Assembly: GCA_003635185.1 (NCBI GenBank)
Contig: PYJA01000069.1
Span: 1,027-65,026, forward strand
Source: Candidatus Poribacteria bacterium
GTDB taxonomy: Bacteria > Poribacteria > WGA-4E > WGA-3G
Length of the DNA: 64,000 nt
Reading direction: 5' to 3'
Shown: positions 38,287-48,280 of the stretch, piece by piece
Position numbering within the stretch: the first letter of the stretch is position 1
Layout of the letters: each line of letters opens with the position of its first letter
Position numbers and translations under genes: made by a program
The notes under the pieces: model-generated
The model's database searches: none
What the model saw: the letters and a program-made list of their open reading frames with translations, nothing else
Told to the model about the DNA's origin: nothing

Positions 38287-38547
38287 CAAATGCTGTGATG
38301 TAATCTTTTGCGCGGATATTGTACTCTTATAGTAAAATCCGAAAATATGTGACATCTCAATGAACAACAATCCCCGTACCATCACGCTGTGGTGAGGTTT
38401 CCTAACCCACACTATAACGCTGACGAGGTTTCCTAACCTCGTCAATGTCCACGTAATTGTGGATTTCACTATAAAAAACGGTGTTTGCATGTCTAAAAAC
38501 TTATAGGTAGCAACTTAGGTTATATTACTAAACAGGAGGTAAAGAGA

Positions 38548-38982
38548 TTGCAAAAAGATGATAGAGTATCAATACTTAGCATAAGACGAATATGGATTGA
38601 TCTTGCCCTAACGGTATTCTCAATTCAAGTAATCGTTTTCGCTGTCTTGGTCATACGGCATGAAGCCGCTAAAGGCAACGGACCGATGGAGACAGCACAA
38701 GTTGTAGTAGTCCAACTTGCTGCTGCGATGGCAGTTGCTGCGGGCACCACATTTATTTTATTTCAAGGAGTAGATTTTATTATGTTTCTTACGCAACTTT
38801 ATAAGGAACGTCTTGAACGCAAAATTCAAGCTGCAAAAGTTGAAGGCAAAGCTGAAGGCAAAGTTGAAGAGCGTGAATTATGGATAGAATGGAACAATCG
38901 CAGATTAGAAGCAGAGGGAAAGGGTGAAACATTTAATGAATCGCCACCTGCCAAACCGAAAGATTCTGCTAAACTACAATAA
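38548..38982 (+). CDS. hypothetical membrane protein (TTG start after AGGAGG)
   Basis: Two hydrophobic segments followed by a charged C-terminal tail. The strong SD AGGAGG lies 8 nt upstream. Confidence 0.5.
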   Translation: MQKDDRVSILSIRRIWIDLALTVFSIQVIVFAVLVIRHEAAKGNGPMETAQVVVVQLAAAMAVAAGTTFILFQGVDFIMFLTQLYKERLERKIQAAKVEGKAEGKVEERELWIEWNNRRLEAEGKGETFNESPPAKPKDSAKLQ

Positions 38983-39041
38983 CCTAATGGACTGTATAGT
39001 TTAAAATTGGAAGTCATCCCGATCATAGTAGTTTGGATGAG

Positions 39042-40298
39042 TTAAATTTTGCGGAGTGCCTCTTGAAAAACGGATTGAAGAGAAACACCATTTTGTTCGG
39101 CAAGGGATTTGCAATCTTCATATTCAGGCACTGTTTTGATTAGATCGCCGCTTAAGTAACCACGCTTGGCTCGGACAGGCCCCCATTGGGTATTGATTTC
39201 AACATAATCACGACTGAGTATTATACGATCAGCAGCGTAAAATCGAACACCGAAGGTTGTTGTTTCTGTTAGAAGGACTTTTATGAGTAGGTCTCGTATG
39301 TTTGATGGACAGAGTACATTTATTTTTATGGCGGCTCTGCCTTTCTTCATAAGAATAGGAACGAAGAATACATCCAATGCCCCATGCTCAAAAAGTTTTT
39401 CCATCACATAGCTCGAAATTTCGGGGGACATGTCATCTACATTCGTTTCAATGATTTCTATAGAGTCACTGAATCCGAGAACAGAGTCGTGTGAAGTAAG
39501 AGGTTCTGAATGGTCATGTCTATGATGTTTAACACTGTTCAAAGATGATTTTTCGCCGATACAGATACGCAGGAGATTTGGCTGCATATCAAGGTCTCTG
39601 GTGCCCGCACCGTAACCGATTTGGTTAATGGTCATATTGGGCATAACACCAAAACTTTTGGCGAGTGTAGTAATGATAGCTGCACCTGTAGGTGTAACTA
39701 ATTCTTTGGGGATGTCAGTTTGACGGACAGGGACTCCGTGTAAAAGTTCCATTGTGCCTGGCACAGGCACAGGCATCATACCGTGCGCACATTTAACAAA
39801 ACCACGACCAAGTGAGAGAGGAGAAGCGTAAACCTCTTCAACGCCAAGTTTGGCTAAACCGATGACAGCACCGACAATGTCCACAATAGAGTCAATCCCG
39901 CTAACTTCATGGAGATGTACTTTGGCTTTATCAGTGTTATGTACTTTCGCTTCAGCTTCAGCAAGTCTGTCGAATATCTGTTTAGCAGTATCACGAATGT
40001 TCGTTTTGAGGTCACTTGCATCAAGTAGATTAAATATATCAGAGAGGTGCCTACTGGGACCGTGGACGTGTTTATGGTGATGTCCTTCGTGTGAATTCTC
40101 GGAAGTTTCAACTATTGCTTGTGTACCTGTGATACCTTGTTTTGTCGCTTTCTGGAAATAGAGACTGAATTCAACGTCTAAATTTAATTTTGCAAGTTCA
40201 GTTGTCAGTACCTCTGGGGCAACTCCCGCATCAATGATAGCACCGAGAACCATATCGCCACTAATACCGGAGAAGCAGTCAAAATATACGATTTTCAC
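39042..40298 (-). CDS. larC: nickel-pincer cofactor nickel insertion protein LarC (DUF111)
   Basis: N-terminus MKIVYFDCFSGISGDM, a His-rich stretch, and family-typical length. Confidence 0.85.
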   Translation of the reverse strand: MKIVYFDCFSGISGDMVLGAIIDAGVAPEVLTTELAKLNLDVEFSLYFQKATKQGITGTQAIVETSENSHEGHHHKHVHGPSRHLSDIFNLLDASDLKTNIRDTAKQIFDRLAEAEAKVHNTDKAKVHLHEVSGIDSIVDIVGAVIGLAKLGVEEVYASPLSLGRGFVKCAHGMMPVPVPGTMELLHGVPVRQTDIPKELVTPTGAAIITTLAKSFGVMPNMTINQIGYGAGTRDLDMQPNLLRICIGEKSSLNSVKHHRHDHSEPLTSHDSVLGFSDSIEIIETNVDDMSPEISSYVMEKLFEHGALDVFFVPILMKKGRAAIKINVLCPSNIRDLLIKVLLTETTTFGVRFYAADRIILSRDYVEINTQWGPVRAKRGYLSGDLIKTVPEYEDCKSLAEQNGVSLQSVFQEALRKI

Positions 40299-40434
40299 TG
40301 GGGAGTTCCTTTGGCTGAATGGTCAGAATTGAGGCAATGAGTCTATGAGTTGTTGCAGAACTTGCTAAAGCCCTGCAACATACTCTTAACCTGTAATTAT
40401 CCGTTTATTTTTTGGATATAAGTGAGGTGAAATA

Positions 40435-42111
40435 CTAATATTTTTGGAACAGTTCCTTCAATAACTCTTTCGGTTCGTTCCGTCTGAGCTTATTGAGAGC
40501 CTCAACTTCAATCTGCCTAACCCGTTCACGACTGATTTCAAGTTTTGTACCAATATCAGCAAGTGTATATTCGGTACCATCAATTAATCCGTAGCGAAGG
40601 ACAATGACATGGGTTTCACGTGGGTTGAGTGTTCTGTTAAGAACTTCTTCTAACGCTTCAATTTTAGAGAAGTTAACTAATTCTGTTTCAGGTGTGATTT
40701 GAGAGTTATCCGGGATTATATCCCGAATTGGCACTTCTGGTGCTGTTTCATTAATCGGTGCATCTAACGAAATAGGGTCTCTCGTTGCTTGCAGAATTTC
40801 ATCTACCTTTTTCTCAGAGAGTTTAACCTCTTGAGCAACCTCTTTAATGGTTGGTTCTCGACCAAGTTGGACAGTGAGATTGGACTGCACCTGCTTGATT
40901 AGTCTTCGTGTTTCCCCGATGTAGCACGGAACCCGAATAATCTGCCCTTGCTGGTCTAATGCGCGTTTAATTGATTGCATTACCCACCAAGTGGCATAGG
41001 TGCTGAAACGGTATCGGAGTGTATGATCAAATTTCTCCACCGCCTTCATAAGTCCGATGCTTCCTTCCTGCATGAGATCAAGGAAGGTCAAAGCAGTTTT
41101 GTTAAAATGATGTTGTTTTGCGATACTTGCGACTAATCTTAGATTCGCCTCAACAATCTTCATTTTTGTGCCGTGAGCAAGTTTGTCCGCTTCTATAAGT
41201 TTCACCAACAATGTTTTGAGATGTTCTAATTCAGCTTGAAGCGTTTCCAAAAGCGGATTTAGTGTGCTTGTCGTCCACTGGACTTCTAAGGTTTGCCTAA
41301 TCTGTGTGTATGCAATTTCATCTAACATATCTGGAGGCAGTTTATTCAGAAGTTGTACTATTTCATACTGTGTCACCGAAAAAATTTCAAGCAAACGTAT
41401 CTCTTCTTCCTTATCAAGCGGCATTGCTTCAATGACAGAATTGCGTTCCGGACTATGCGAAAATGGATATTGTTCTGTGGTTGACAACCCTATTTTTTCA
41501 GGGTTTTTGTGTGCTGTTTCAATGCTGGTGCGGATTAAACCTTGTGCGTATGCTCGGAACTTTTTGCCGCGTCCAGGTATCCAACTCTCTATTGCTTTAA
41601 TAAGAGCAAGGTATCCTACTTGTGTTAATTCGGGAGACATTGCTGCAGCGTGTTCTGGATCATTTACATATTTTTTAAGGAGGTGCAGATTACCTATAAG
41701 AATTTTCGACTTTACATTTTCTAACTTTTTTCGTTTCTTTTCCAATTTTTGTAGTATGTCTTCTATAGGTAGAATATACGTCGAAATTTGATCTATAATT
41801 AGTTTATGATCTTTTTGCGCCGGTTTTAGATTTTGTTCCGGAATACTGCGGGTTCTTATTGGAATTTCTAATATATTTATTACCCATTTGGGAAATTTTT
41901 TGAAGTTCGACGCAAAATTTTGTATGCCCTCTTGATAAGTTTCAAAGAGTGCTTTTTCCTGTTCCGCTTCCAATAACGGGGTTTTCGCGATAGTCTGAAG
42001 ATAAGCGAAGGTCTCATCCTTTACAGGGGTAGTATTCTCCTCTTTTTTCTCTTCAGCGGAAAACGGATCATAATCAACTGAATCAGCAGGGTAAAAATCT
42101 TTCATTTTCAT
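40435..42111 (-). CDS. rpoD: primary-like RNA polymerase sigma-70 factor (RpoD family) with an extended N-terminus
   Basis: Region 2 (LRLVASIAKQH, DLMQEGSIGLMKAVEKFD, FSTYATWWVMQSIKRA), region 3, and region 4.2 (YTLADIGTKLEISRERVRQIE). Confidence 0.85.
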   Translation of the reverse strand: MKMKDFYPADSVDYDPFSAEEKKEENTTPVKDETFAYLQTIAKTPLLEAEQEKALFETYQEGIQNFASNFKKFPKWVINILEIPIRTRSIPEQNLKPAQKDHKLIIDQISTYILPIEDILQKLEKKRKKLENVKSKILIGNLHLLKKYVNDPEHAAAMSPELTQVGYLALIKAIESWIPGRGKKFRAYAQGLIRTSIETAHKNPEKIGLSTTEQYPFSHSPERNSVIEAMPLDKEEEIRLLEIFSVTQYEIVQLLNKLPPDMLDEIAYTQIRQTLEVQWTTSTLNPLLETLQAELEHLKTLLVKLIEADKLAHGTKMKIVEANLRLVASIAKQHHFNKTALTFLDLMQEGSIGLMKAVEKFDHTLRYRFSTYATWWVMQSIKRALDQQGQIIRVPCYIGETRRLIKQVQSNLTVQLGREPTIKEVAQEVKLSEKKVDEILQATRDPISLDAPINETAPEVPIRDIIPDNSQITPETELVNFSKIEALEEVLNRTLNPRETHVIVLRYGLIDGTEYTLADIGTKLEISRERVRQIEVEALNKLRRNEPKELLKELFQKY

Positions 42112-42356
42112 ATTTCCTTATATCAATGCAAAGTTTGTTCACTTTGCATATACACTAATTAACCGTTTATGTTCCAAGCATTTCGGATGGACAACTATTG
42201 GTAAATATTTCGTTGCCTAATTCCACGATAATATTTTAAAACTTCAACTTACGTTAAAAGTAAAAAAACGTCTAAAGTTAATGTTTGTTACAAAGTGTTG
42301 ATAGTATCTATTTACCAGCGGAACTTATAAAAAACCAAACAAAATGGAGGCAATTT

Positions 42357-42932
42357 ATGCATGAAAAATCGCAAAAAGATGTAGTTCAACGTTTATTAGA
42401 AGGCGAGTCTTTCGCTAACGAAGACTTAACCAATGTAGACTTAGCAAACCAATCACTTGTCGGTGCAGACTTTTCAGCGGCAAATTTAAGTGGTGCCAAT
42501 CTTAAAAATACTGATTTAACGGATGCGAATCTAAACGATGCCAACCTCACTGGAGCAGACCTGTCTGGTGCAATTCTGTTGCGAACCTACTTAGTCGGAG
42601 CAAATCTAACAGAAGCAACACTGGAAAATGCTAACCTATTTGGAGCGTTTCTGAGTGGAAGTCTTCTATCTGGCACTAATTTTCGCGGTGCTGATCTCCG
42701 GCGAGCAACGCTTGGATGTCCGCAATGCGTTCCTACTGCTCCTTTTGGCAACCTTACGACTTTTGAAAATGCTAACCTGGCAGAAGCGATTTTTGGTGAA
42801 ATTAAATTAGACGGTATCGTTTTACTGGGCGCAAATTTCAAAGATACGTATCTTTATGAAGTAGATTTATCGGAAGCGATCTACCGCGAATCCGACCTGG
42901 AGGGTGCTATCACCAAACAGGGACGAAATTGA
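42357..42932 (+). CDS. pentapeptide-repeat protein
   Basis: Tandem A(D/N)LxG-type pentapeptides (ANLSGANLKNTDLTDANLNDANLTGADLSGA). The ATG at 42357 follows GGAGG. Confidence 0.85.
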   Translation: MHEKSQKDVVQRLLEGESFANEDLTNVDLANQSLVGADFSAANLSGANLKNTDLTDANLNDANLTGADLSGAILLRTYLVGANLTEATLENANLFGAFLSGSLLSGTNFRGADLRRATLGCPQCVPTAPFGNLTTFENANLAEAIFGEIKLDGIVLLGANFKDTYLYEVDLSEAIYRESDLEGAITKQGRN

Positions 42933-43293
42933 GGTATTATTCTGTCGTTTCCGCGTAGCACAAGCTGTTAGATTGTGCCTGTGAAAACGCAAACTAACAG
43001 CTTGCGGGACAAATATTGGCTAATTATCAGCATATTTTCATTAAAGACGGTGTTTTTATGTCTAAAAACTTATAAGTAGCAACTTGAGTTACGTATAATT
43101 CTTTTAAAAAGAAAAGCATTATACTATAAAAAGAATAAAACCGATATAATATTGTTGAAATGTTAATTTAGCTTGTATTCTATTGAGACGTGTTTAAATC
43201 CAATTAGTTTACAAATGCGTGATTTTTTAGCGTTTTTATATGGGGCACTAAATTAAATCAGACTTTATGCTTAGTAGGTACGATTCGTCAAAA

Positions 43294-45153
43294 TTATCCG
43301 AAAATCTGCTGCTGGCATAACTTGTGGTAAAGCCCACCTTTTTCCAACAATTTTGTATGGTTTCCACTTTCCACGATTTCACCATCGTTAATGACTAAAA
43401 TGTTGTTGGCACGCATTACCGTTGAGAGTCGATGGGCAATAATAAAACTGGTTCTGCCCTCCATAAGGTTCGTTAAAGACTTTTGGATGATTGCTTCTGA
43501 TTGTGTATCAAGTGCTGAAGTTGCTTCATCAAGGATAAGAATTGGTGCCTCTTTCAGGATGGCGCGGGCAATAGAAATACGTTGCTGTTCTCCGCCTGAG
43601 AGATTGCCCCCTGCTTCTCCTATTGAGGTGTCATAGCCGTTAGGCATCTCAGAAATAAAACCGTGGGCGTTCGCTTTTTCTGCTGCCGCGATGATTGCGT
43701 CTCTTGTCGCGCCCGGGGCACCGTATCCGATATTTTCTAAAACGGTGCCGTTAAAAAGAAATGTCCCTTGTGGAACGAGGGAGATATTTTTTCTCAACGA
43801 TGTCAATGTGACTTCATCAATGGGAAAATCATCAATTAGAATTATTCCGCTATCAACCGTATAGAACCGTAGCAGTAGGTTTAGTAGGGTGGTTTTTCCA
43901 CTGCCACTTGGACCGACAAGCGCAATAATCTCTCCCGGTTGCGCTGTAAAACTAACGTTTTTAATCACAGGGCGTTGTTGATATGCAAACGAAACATTTT
44001 GAAATTGGACAGTTCCCTGTACGTTAGAAAGTTCATGTTTTCCATCTGATTCACTACCAGCCTCTCTTTCTAAATCAAGCAGTGGGAAAATGCGTTCTGC
44101 AGAAGCAAGGCTTTGTTGTAAAACATTATTGACACTACCTATGGTCTTAATTGGTTTGTACATCAGTGCTACCATTACAAAATAACTTGTAAACTCACCG
44201 ATAGAAAACTTTCCGTCAATGACGTTCCAACACCCAAGCCCTAAAACAGTTGCGATTCCGATAGCCCCCATCCATTCAATAAGTGGTGGGAGAAGGGATG
44301 CAAATCGTGCGCGGCGGATTGCCGAATTGTATTGGCTTGATGTGACCGATTGAAATCTCTCTATCTCGTTTTTTTCAGCGGTAAAACTTTTTATGATGTT
44401 GATTCCCGAAAGCGTTTCCTTGAGTTGTGAATAGATGTCCGAACTGCGTTCTTGAATTTCCGTGCTTGCTTTACGGACGCGTGTTCCTATACGACTAATA
44501 AAGTAGGCAACTATCGGAAGTACCAACATGGAAAAGATTGTCATTTGGACGTTTTTATAGAACAACACGGCACTAAAAACGGTGACATGGATAATTTCAC
44601 GCATTATTAATGTAGTTGCGGCGACTGCTTGCTGCAACATTCGTACATCGTCAGTAACTCGTGACATGACATCGCCACTGTGATGTTCTGAGAGGGTACC
44701 CAGTGAGGCTGAAACTAATTTTTCATATAGGTCATTTCGCACGCGAAAACTCAATTTATTTCCGACCCGCTCCATCAAAAAATCGCTGCCATAAACAAAA
44801 AATCCTCGGACAAAAACCAGAATAAGAAATCCTGCTAAAAGCGAAAAGAAGAAGTGAAGAGCATCTTCCACATTTGCCAATGTAATATCAATACCTTTAT
44901 AAATATTCTCTATGTCAAAAAAGCGAATAGAAACGGGTTGAGTAGATTGGTTAAAACCCTCTAATTCTTTTAGCGAATCAAGCGTATCCTCTAAAATCTG
45001 AATTGGCCCAAGATAACAAATAGAGGCGACCAAAGCACAACTCATCGCTAATATAATAGAACCCTTATAGGAAGCGAGATAACGTAGAAACCGAAAAAGG
45101 TGATTTTTTTGTTGCAAGGAGTCAGTACCTTGACCAGAATGCCCAATCTTCAT
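43294..45153 (-). CDS. ABC transporter, fused permease/ATPase (MsbA-like exporter)
   Basis: A six-TM N-terminal half, then Walker A GPSGSGKTT, signature LSGGEQQR and Walker B ILILDEATSALD. Confidence 0.9.
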   Translation of the reverse strand: MKIGHSGQGTDSLQQKNHLFRFLRYLASYKGSIILAMSCALVASICYLGPIQILEDTLDSLKELEGFNQSTQPVSIRFFDIENIYKGIDITLANVEDALHFFFSLLAGFLILVFVRGFFVYGSDFLMERVGNKLSFRVRNDLYEKLVSASLGTLSEHHSGDVMSRVTDDVRMLQQAVAATTLIMREIIHVTVFSAVLFYKNVQMTIFSMLVLPIVAYFISRIGTRVRKASTEIQERSSDIYSQLKETLSGINIIKSFTAEKNEIERFQSVTSSQYNSAIRRARFASLLPPLIEWMGAIGIATVLGLGCWNVIDGKFSIGEFTSYFVMVALMYKPIKTIGSVNNVLQQSLASAERIFPLLDLEREAGSESDGKHELSNVQGTVQFQNVSFAYQQRPVIKNVSFTAQPGEIIALVGPSGSGKTTLLNLLLRFYTVDSGIILIDDFPIDEVTLTSLRKNISLVPQGTFLFNGTVLENIGYGAPGATRDAIIAAAEKANAHGFISEMPNGYDTSIGEAGGNLSGGEQQRISIARAILKEAPILILDEATSALDTQSEAIIQKSLTNLMEGRTSFIIAHRLSTVMRANNILVINDGEIVESGNHTKLLEKGGLYHKLCQQQIFG

Positions 45154-45191
45154 ATTTATATTCTATTCTGAGACAATTATAGAAAATTGTC

Positions 45192-46346
45192 CTACTGTTT
45201 TTCAATAAACCTATAACCCCCAAACTGAAGAACCTTAATTTTTGAAGCGATCCCCGGTTCACAACGTACATTCAGGTTTCGATTGTGGAAGTCCATATTT
45301 TCAATAATACCAATCGCTAACGTTTCGCCTTCCTTGTTTACCATTCCGACAAGACGTTGTTCAATATAAGCAGGGGTTTCAGCGACAACAAATGATAAAC
45401 TCAGATAGTTTTTCAAATTTTTAGTTGCAGATTGCGGCAGGTTTCTTCGCGCAATTAGGCTTACAGAACGATGTCCCCACTCAGCATATATTATCTCTTC
45501 CTCTGCAAGTCGGGTGAGGGTTTCAAGCTCCTTCTGATTTGCGATTCTGCCATTGAAAAATGCAGTACGTGCGCCCCGAATTTCTTCAATTGGAACTGTT
45601 TGCAGTTCACTGTCTGCAAAATATGCCTCAAACTTCATTTTACGATTTCTCTTACGTGCTTCACCGCTTTTAGTGCGTACCAACCTATGTGGGAGTAGAT
45701 AGTGGATTGTTAGAAAATCTAAGTCGCTGTAGCAGCCAACAATCCTTTCCAAATCCTTGGATCGCCCAATGCAGACCAAATGATGTGGACGAATGAGATC
45801 AATTTTTTGCTGTTTTAATGCCACAGCAGCACCATCATGAACATATCCTGTTGTATCAATGACAGTAAAATCTGCACCGGCATTCAGTCCAGTATCTACC
45901 ATCAATCGGGTTCCTGTTAAAATTGGAAGTAGGTTGCGTTGTGGTGATAGTACCCCGACAAAGTAGAGCGCATCTGCTTTATGGCATAATTGATCGTTTC
46001 GGTCTTGCTTTGTATCCGCGGTTAACTCGGATTCCGTGCCAGAATTTACTTGGTTAGTAGTGCCATTTTCGGGGCCGCCGAACGGCAAATGTGGATCAGC
46101 AACGTTTGGTTTTGGCTCAAAAAGTTTCATGCCGATAGTGGTAGGAGGACCGATTTGGGATTGTCCTACATCCGCGTCAACAAACGCTACTTTCAACGAC
46201 GCTGCGCAAGCATAATCGATCAGATAACGACAAAATGTTGATTTTCCCGCATCTGAAGCACCAAAGACGAGGACACGGTGGTTCGGCATTACAATACGAC
46301 TTGCAAGTCGTTTCCAATCAGGATTAATTCGATATTTGTGATTCAT
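45192..46346 (-). CDS. Clp1/Grc3-like P-loop NTPase (putative polynucleotide kinase)
   Basis: Walker A FGASDAGKSTF near the N-terminus and an overall Clp1_P-like layout. The family assignment is tentative. Confidence 0.5.
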   Translation of the reverse strand: MNHKYRINPDWKRLASRIVMPNHRVLVFGASDAGKSTFCRYLIDYACAASLKVAFVDADVGQSQIGPPTTIGMKLFEPKPNVADPHLPFGGPENGTTNQVNSGTESELTADTKQDRNDQLCHKADALYFVGVLSPQRNLLPILTGTRLMVDTGLNAGADFTVIDTTGYVHDGAAVALKQQKIDLIRPHHLVCIGRSKDLERIVGCYSDLDFLTIHYLLPHRLVRTKSGEARKRNRKMKFEAYFADSELQTVPIEEIRGARTAFFNGRIANQKELETLTRLAEEEIIYAEWGHRSVSLIARRNLPQSATKNLKNYLSLSFVVAETPAYIEQRLVGMVNKEGETLAIGIIENMDFHNRNLNVRCEPGIASKIKVLQFGGYRFIEKQ

Positions 46347-46358
46347 GATGGATAGCCT

Positions 46359-47252
46359 CTAATTTCCAAGGCTAAGTTCATATCGAAATGTAACACCGGG
46401 GAAGTTGAGGATGTCATCAAATTGAGAATTATGTTTTATACCGAGGAGTTGTTCAAGTAAAGACGATTTTCTTTGCTTACGGACGATTTTGGGAGTGCCT
46501 TCAATGTTTCCGAGCTCCCCAGCAATTTTGATAGCATCTTGCAGGTTACCTAATTTATCAACTAATTTATGGGTCTGAGCCTGTTTTCCAGAGAAAATGC
46601 GTCCATCAGCGAGTTTAACGATTTCGTCTCGAGTGAGGTGTTTTTCACGCGATTCAATGATCGCATCTACAAATTGATTGTAAACATCGTCAACAGTACC
46701 TTGGAGAACACTTTTTTCTTCTTCAGTGAGGTCGCGGAAAATTGAACCTGCATCCTTAAATTGACCGCTTTTAATAACTTGTTGCTCTAACCCGATTTTC
46801 TCGTATAAGCCCTTCATTTTTGTGAACTGCATGATTACACCGATGCTACCGGTCAATGTTCCGGGGTTAGCCACAATAGTGTCCGCTGCACATGCAATAT
46901 AATAACCGCCAGAGGCAGCTGTACCCCCCATTGATGCAACTATAGGTTTTTTCAACTTTGTCAATTCGCGATGAATCTCTTGAACAGGGGCTACACTTCC
47001 GCCCGGTGTATTAATGCGGAGGACAAGTGCTTTCACACTTGCATCATCTCTATAGGCGTGGATCAGTTTTATAGGAGCATCTGATTTGGAGATGATGCCT
47101 GTAATATCAAGCACAGCAACTTTTTGCCCGATAGATGATGTCCCAACCATCATAGTCCGGACAATGACAGATAAGAAAAAGAGAACAACAATAACGGATA
47201 TGATTATCAAAACACGTTTCTTTTTCATTTTTGTGAAGTTAGGCAGATGCAA
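46359..47252 (-). CDS. sppA: signal peptide peptidase SppA (S49, 36K type)
   Basis: An N-terminal TM segment, then INTPGGSV, then GGTAASGGYYIA. Confidence 0.85.
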   Translation of the reverse strand: MHLPNFTKMKKKRVLIIISVIVVLFFLSVIVRTMMVGTSSIGQKVAVLDITGIISKSDAPIKLIHAYRDDASVKALVLRINTPGGSVAPVQEIHRELTKLKKPIVASMGGTAASGGYYIACAADTIVANPGTLTGSIGVIMQFTKMKGLYEKIGLEQQVIKSGQFKDAGSIFRDLTEEEKSVLQGTVDDVYNQFVDAIIESREKHLTRDEIVKLADGRIFSGKQAQTHKLVDKLGNLQDAIKIAGELGNIEGTPKIVRKQRKSSLLEQLLGIKHNSQFDDILNFPGVTFRYELSLGN

Positions 47253-47272
47253 TATACGTCGTAAAAGCAGTC

Positions 47273-48013
47273 CTAAATGTTGGGGAGGTTCCCCGATTCA
47301 CCGATATGTTTCTTTTCCTTAGGTGGAAAAATAATTACCCAAAATGTTTTGAGCAACCATTTTATATCGGAAATAAAGCACTGCGTTGCGACATAATGAA
47401 GGTCAAGTTCTAACTTTTTCGGCATTAATTCTGTTATATAAAAATGTTCCGGATCGATTTGTGCAGCTAATTTTTCTTCTTCGTTTCGGTTAGCAATTTG
47501 TGAGGGACCAGTAATCCCGGGTTTCACAAGAAGCACTTGCTTTTGTGTTTCAGTATAGTATTTAACATAATTAGGAGCTTCAGGGCGAGGGCCGATGAGA
47601 CTCATCTCCCCTTTGATGACATTGATTAGGTTCGGCAGTTCGTCTAATTTGGTAAAACGTAAAATCCTACCGATAGGTGTTACACGTGAATCTTTATGAA
47701 TTGTCAGTCCTCCACCTAACTGGTCAGCATTGATAACCATTGTTCTGAACTTATACATTTCAAAAATCGTTCCACCTTTACCTATGCGTTTCGCCTTGTA
47801 AAACACAGGACCGGTAGATTGGATTTTGGCAAGTAGACTTCCAAGTAAGAATAAGGGAGCGGAAAGCAATAAAACTGTTACTGCAAAAAGAAGGTCAAAA
47901 CTACGTTTTGCCCAATTTGAACGGATACGTAGACCTTCATTGACAGATAAACTATCCGAGGTCATGACTACATTTGCACTCTGAGAAGATTTTTCAGTCG
48001 ACTGATTTTGCAT
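47273..48013 (-). CDS. polyprenyl-phosphate sugar phosphotransferase (bacterial sugar transferase family)
   Basis: KRSFDLLFA...L, YKFRTM, and LDELPNLINVIKGEMSLIGPRPE. Confidence 0.9.
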   Translation of the reverse strand: MQNQSTEKSSQSANVVMTSDSLSVNEGLRIRSNWAKRSFDLLFAVTVLLLSAPLFLLGSLLAKIQSTGPVFYKAKRIGKGGTIFEMYKFRTMVINADQLGGGLTIHKDSRVTPIGRILRFTKLDELPNLINVIKGEMSLIGPRPEAPNYVKYYTETQKQVLLVKPGITGPSQIANRNEEEKLAAQIDPEHFYITELMPKKLELDLHYVATQCFISDIKWLLKTFWVIIFPPKEKKHIGESGNLPNI

Positions 48014-48017
48014 TTTA

Positions 48018-48069
48018 CAGTAGATTTACACAGTAGATTTACACAGTAGATTTACACAGTAGATTTACA
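48018..48069. repeat. perfect tandem repeat, 13 bp x 4 (cagtagatttaca)
   Basis: Read directly from the sequence. It lies 4 nt upstream of the annotated ATG of the sugar transferase on the minus strand. Confidence 0.95.
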
Positions 48070-48070
48070 A

Positions 48071-48204
48071 CAGGACTTACGCAGTTTCTCTTAAAGTCCC
48101 CTTGATAAGGGGGATTTAGGGGGTTAAAAAGACTAAAAACACTGAATACCGGACTATTTAACCCCCCTAACCCCCCTTATCAAGGGGGGAATGCGTAAGT
48201 CCTG
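48071..48204. repeat. 134-bp palindromic element (long hairpin-forming repeat family)
   Basis: Left end caggacttacgca...ccccttgataagggggatttagggggttaaa. Right end tttaacccccctaaccccccttatcaaggggggaatgcgtaagtcctg. Related copies are at 3388-3510 and 60091-60140. Confidence 0.85.
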
Positions 48205-48280
48205 TTACAATATAAGACTCAACGTTGAACAGCGGGATTTATAAGCGTTTACAGTCCCAAATTTATCTTACATTTTTGGG

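Noticed and set aside
48018-48069. Possible CRISPR array, considering the 13-bp tandem repeats, the REP clusters at 27547-27654 and the 33-bp repeats at 53678-53776.
   Set aside because: The 13-bp units are contiguous with no spacers. The REP hairpins are too short and irregularly spaced. The 33-bp repeats are contiguous, in-frame coding repeats. No cas genes are present. I found no CRISPR array in the window.
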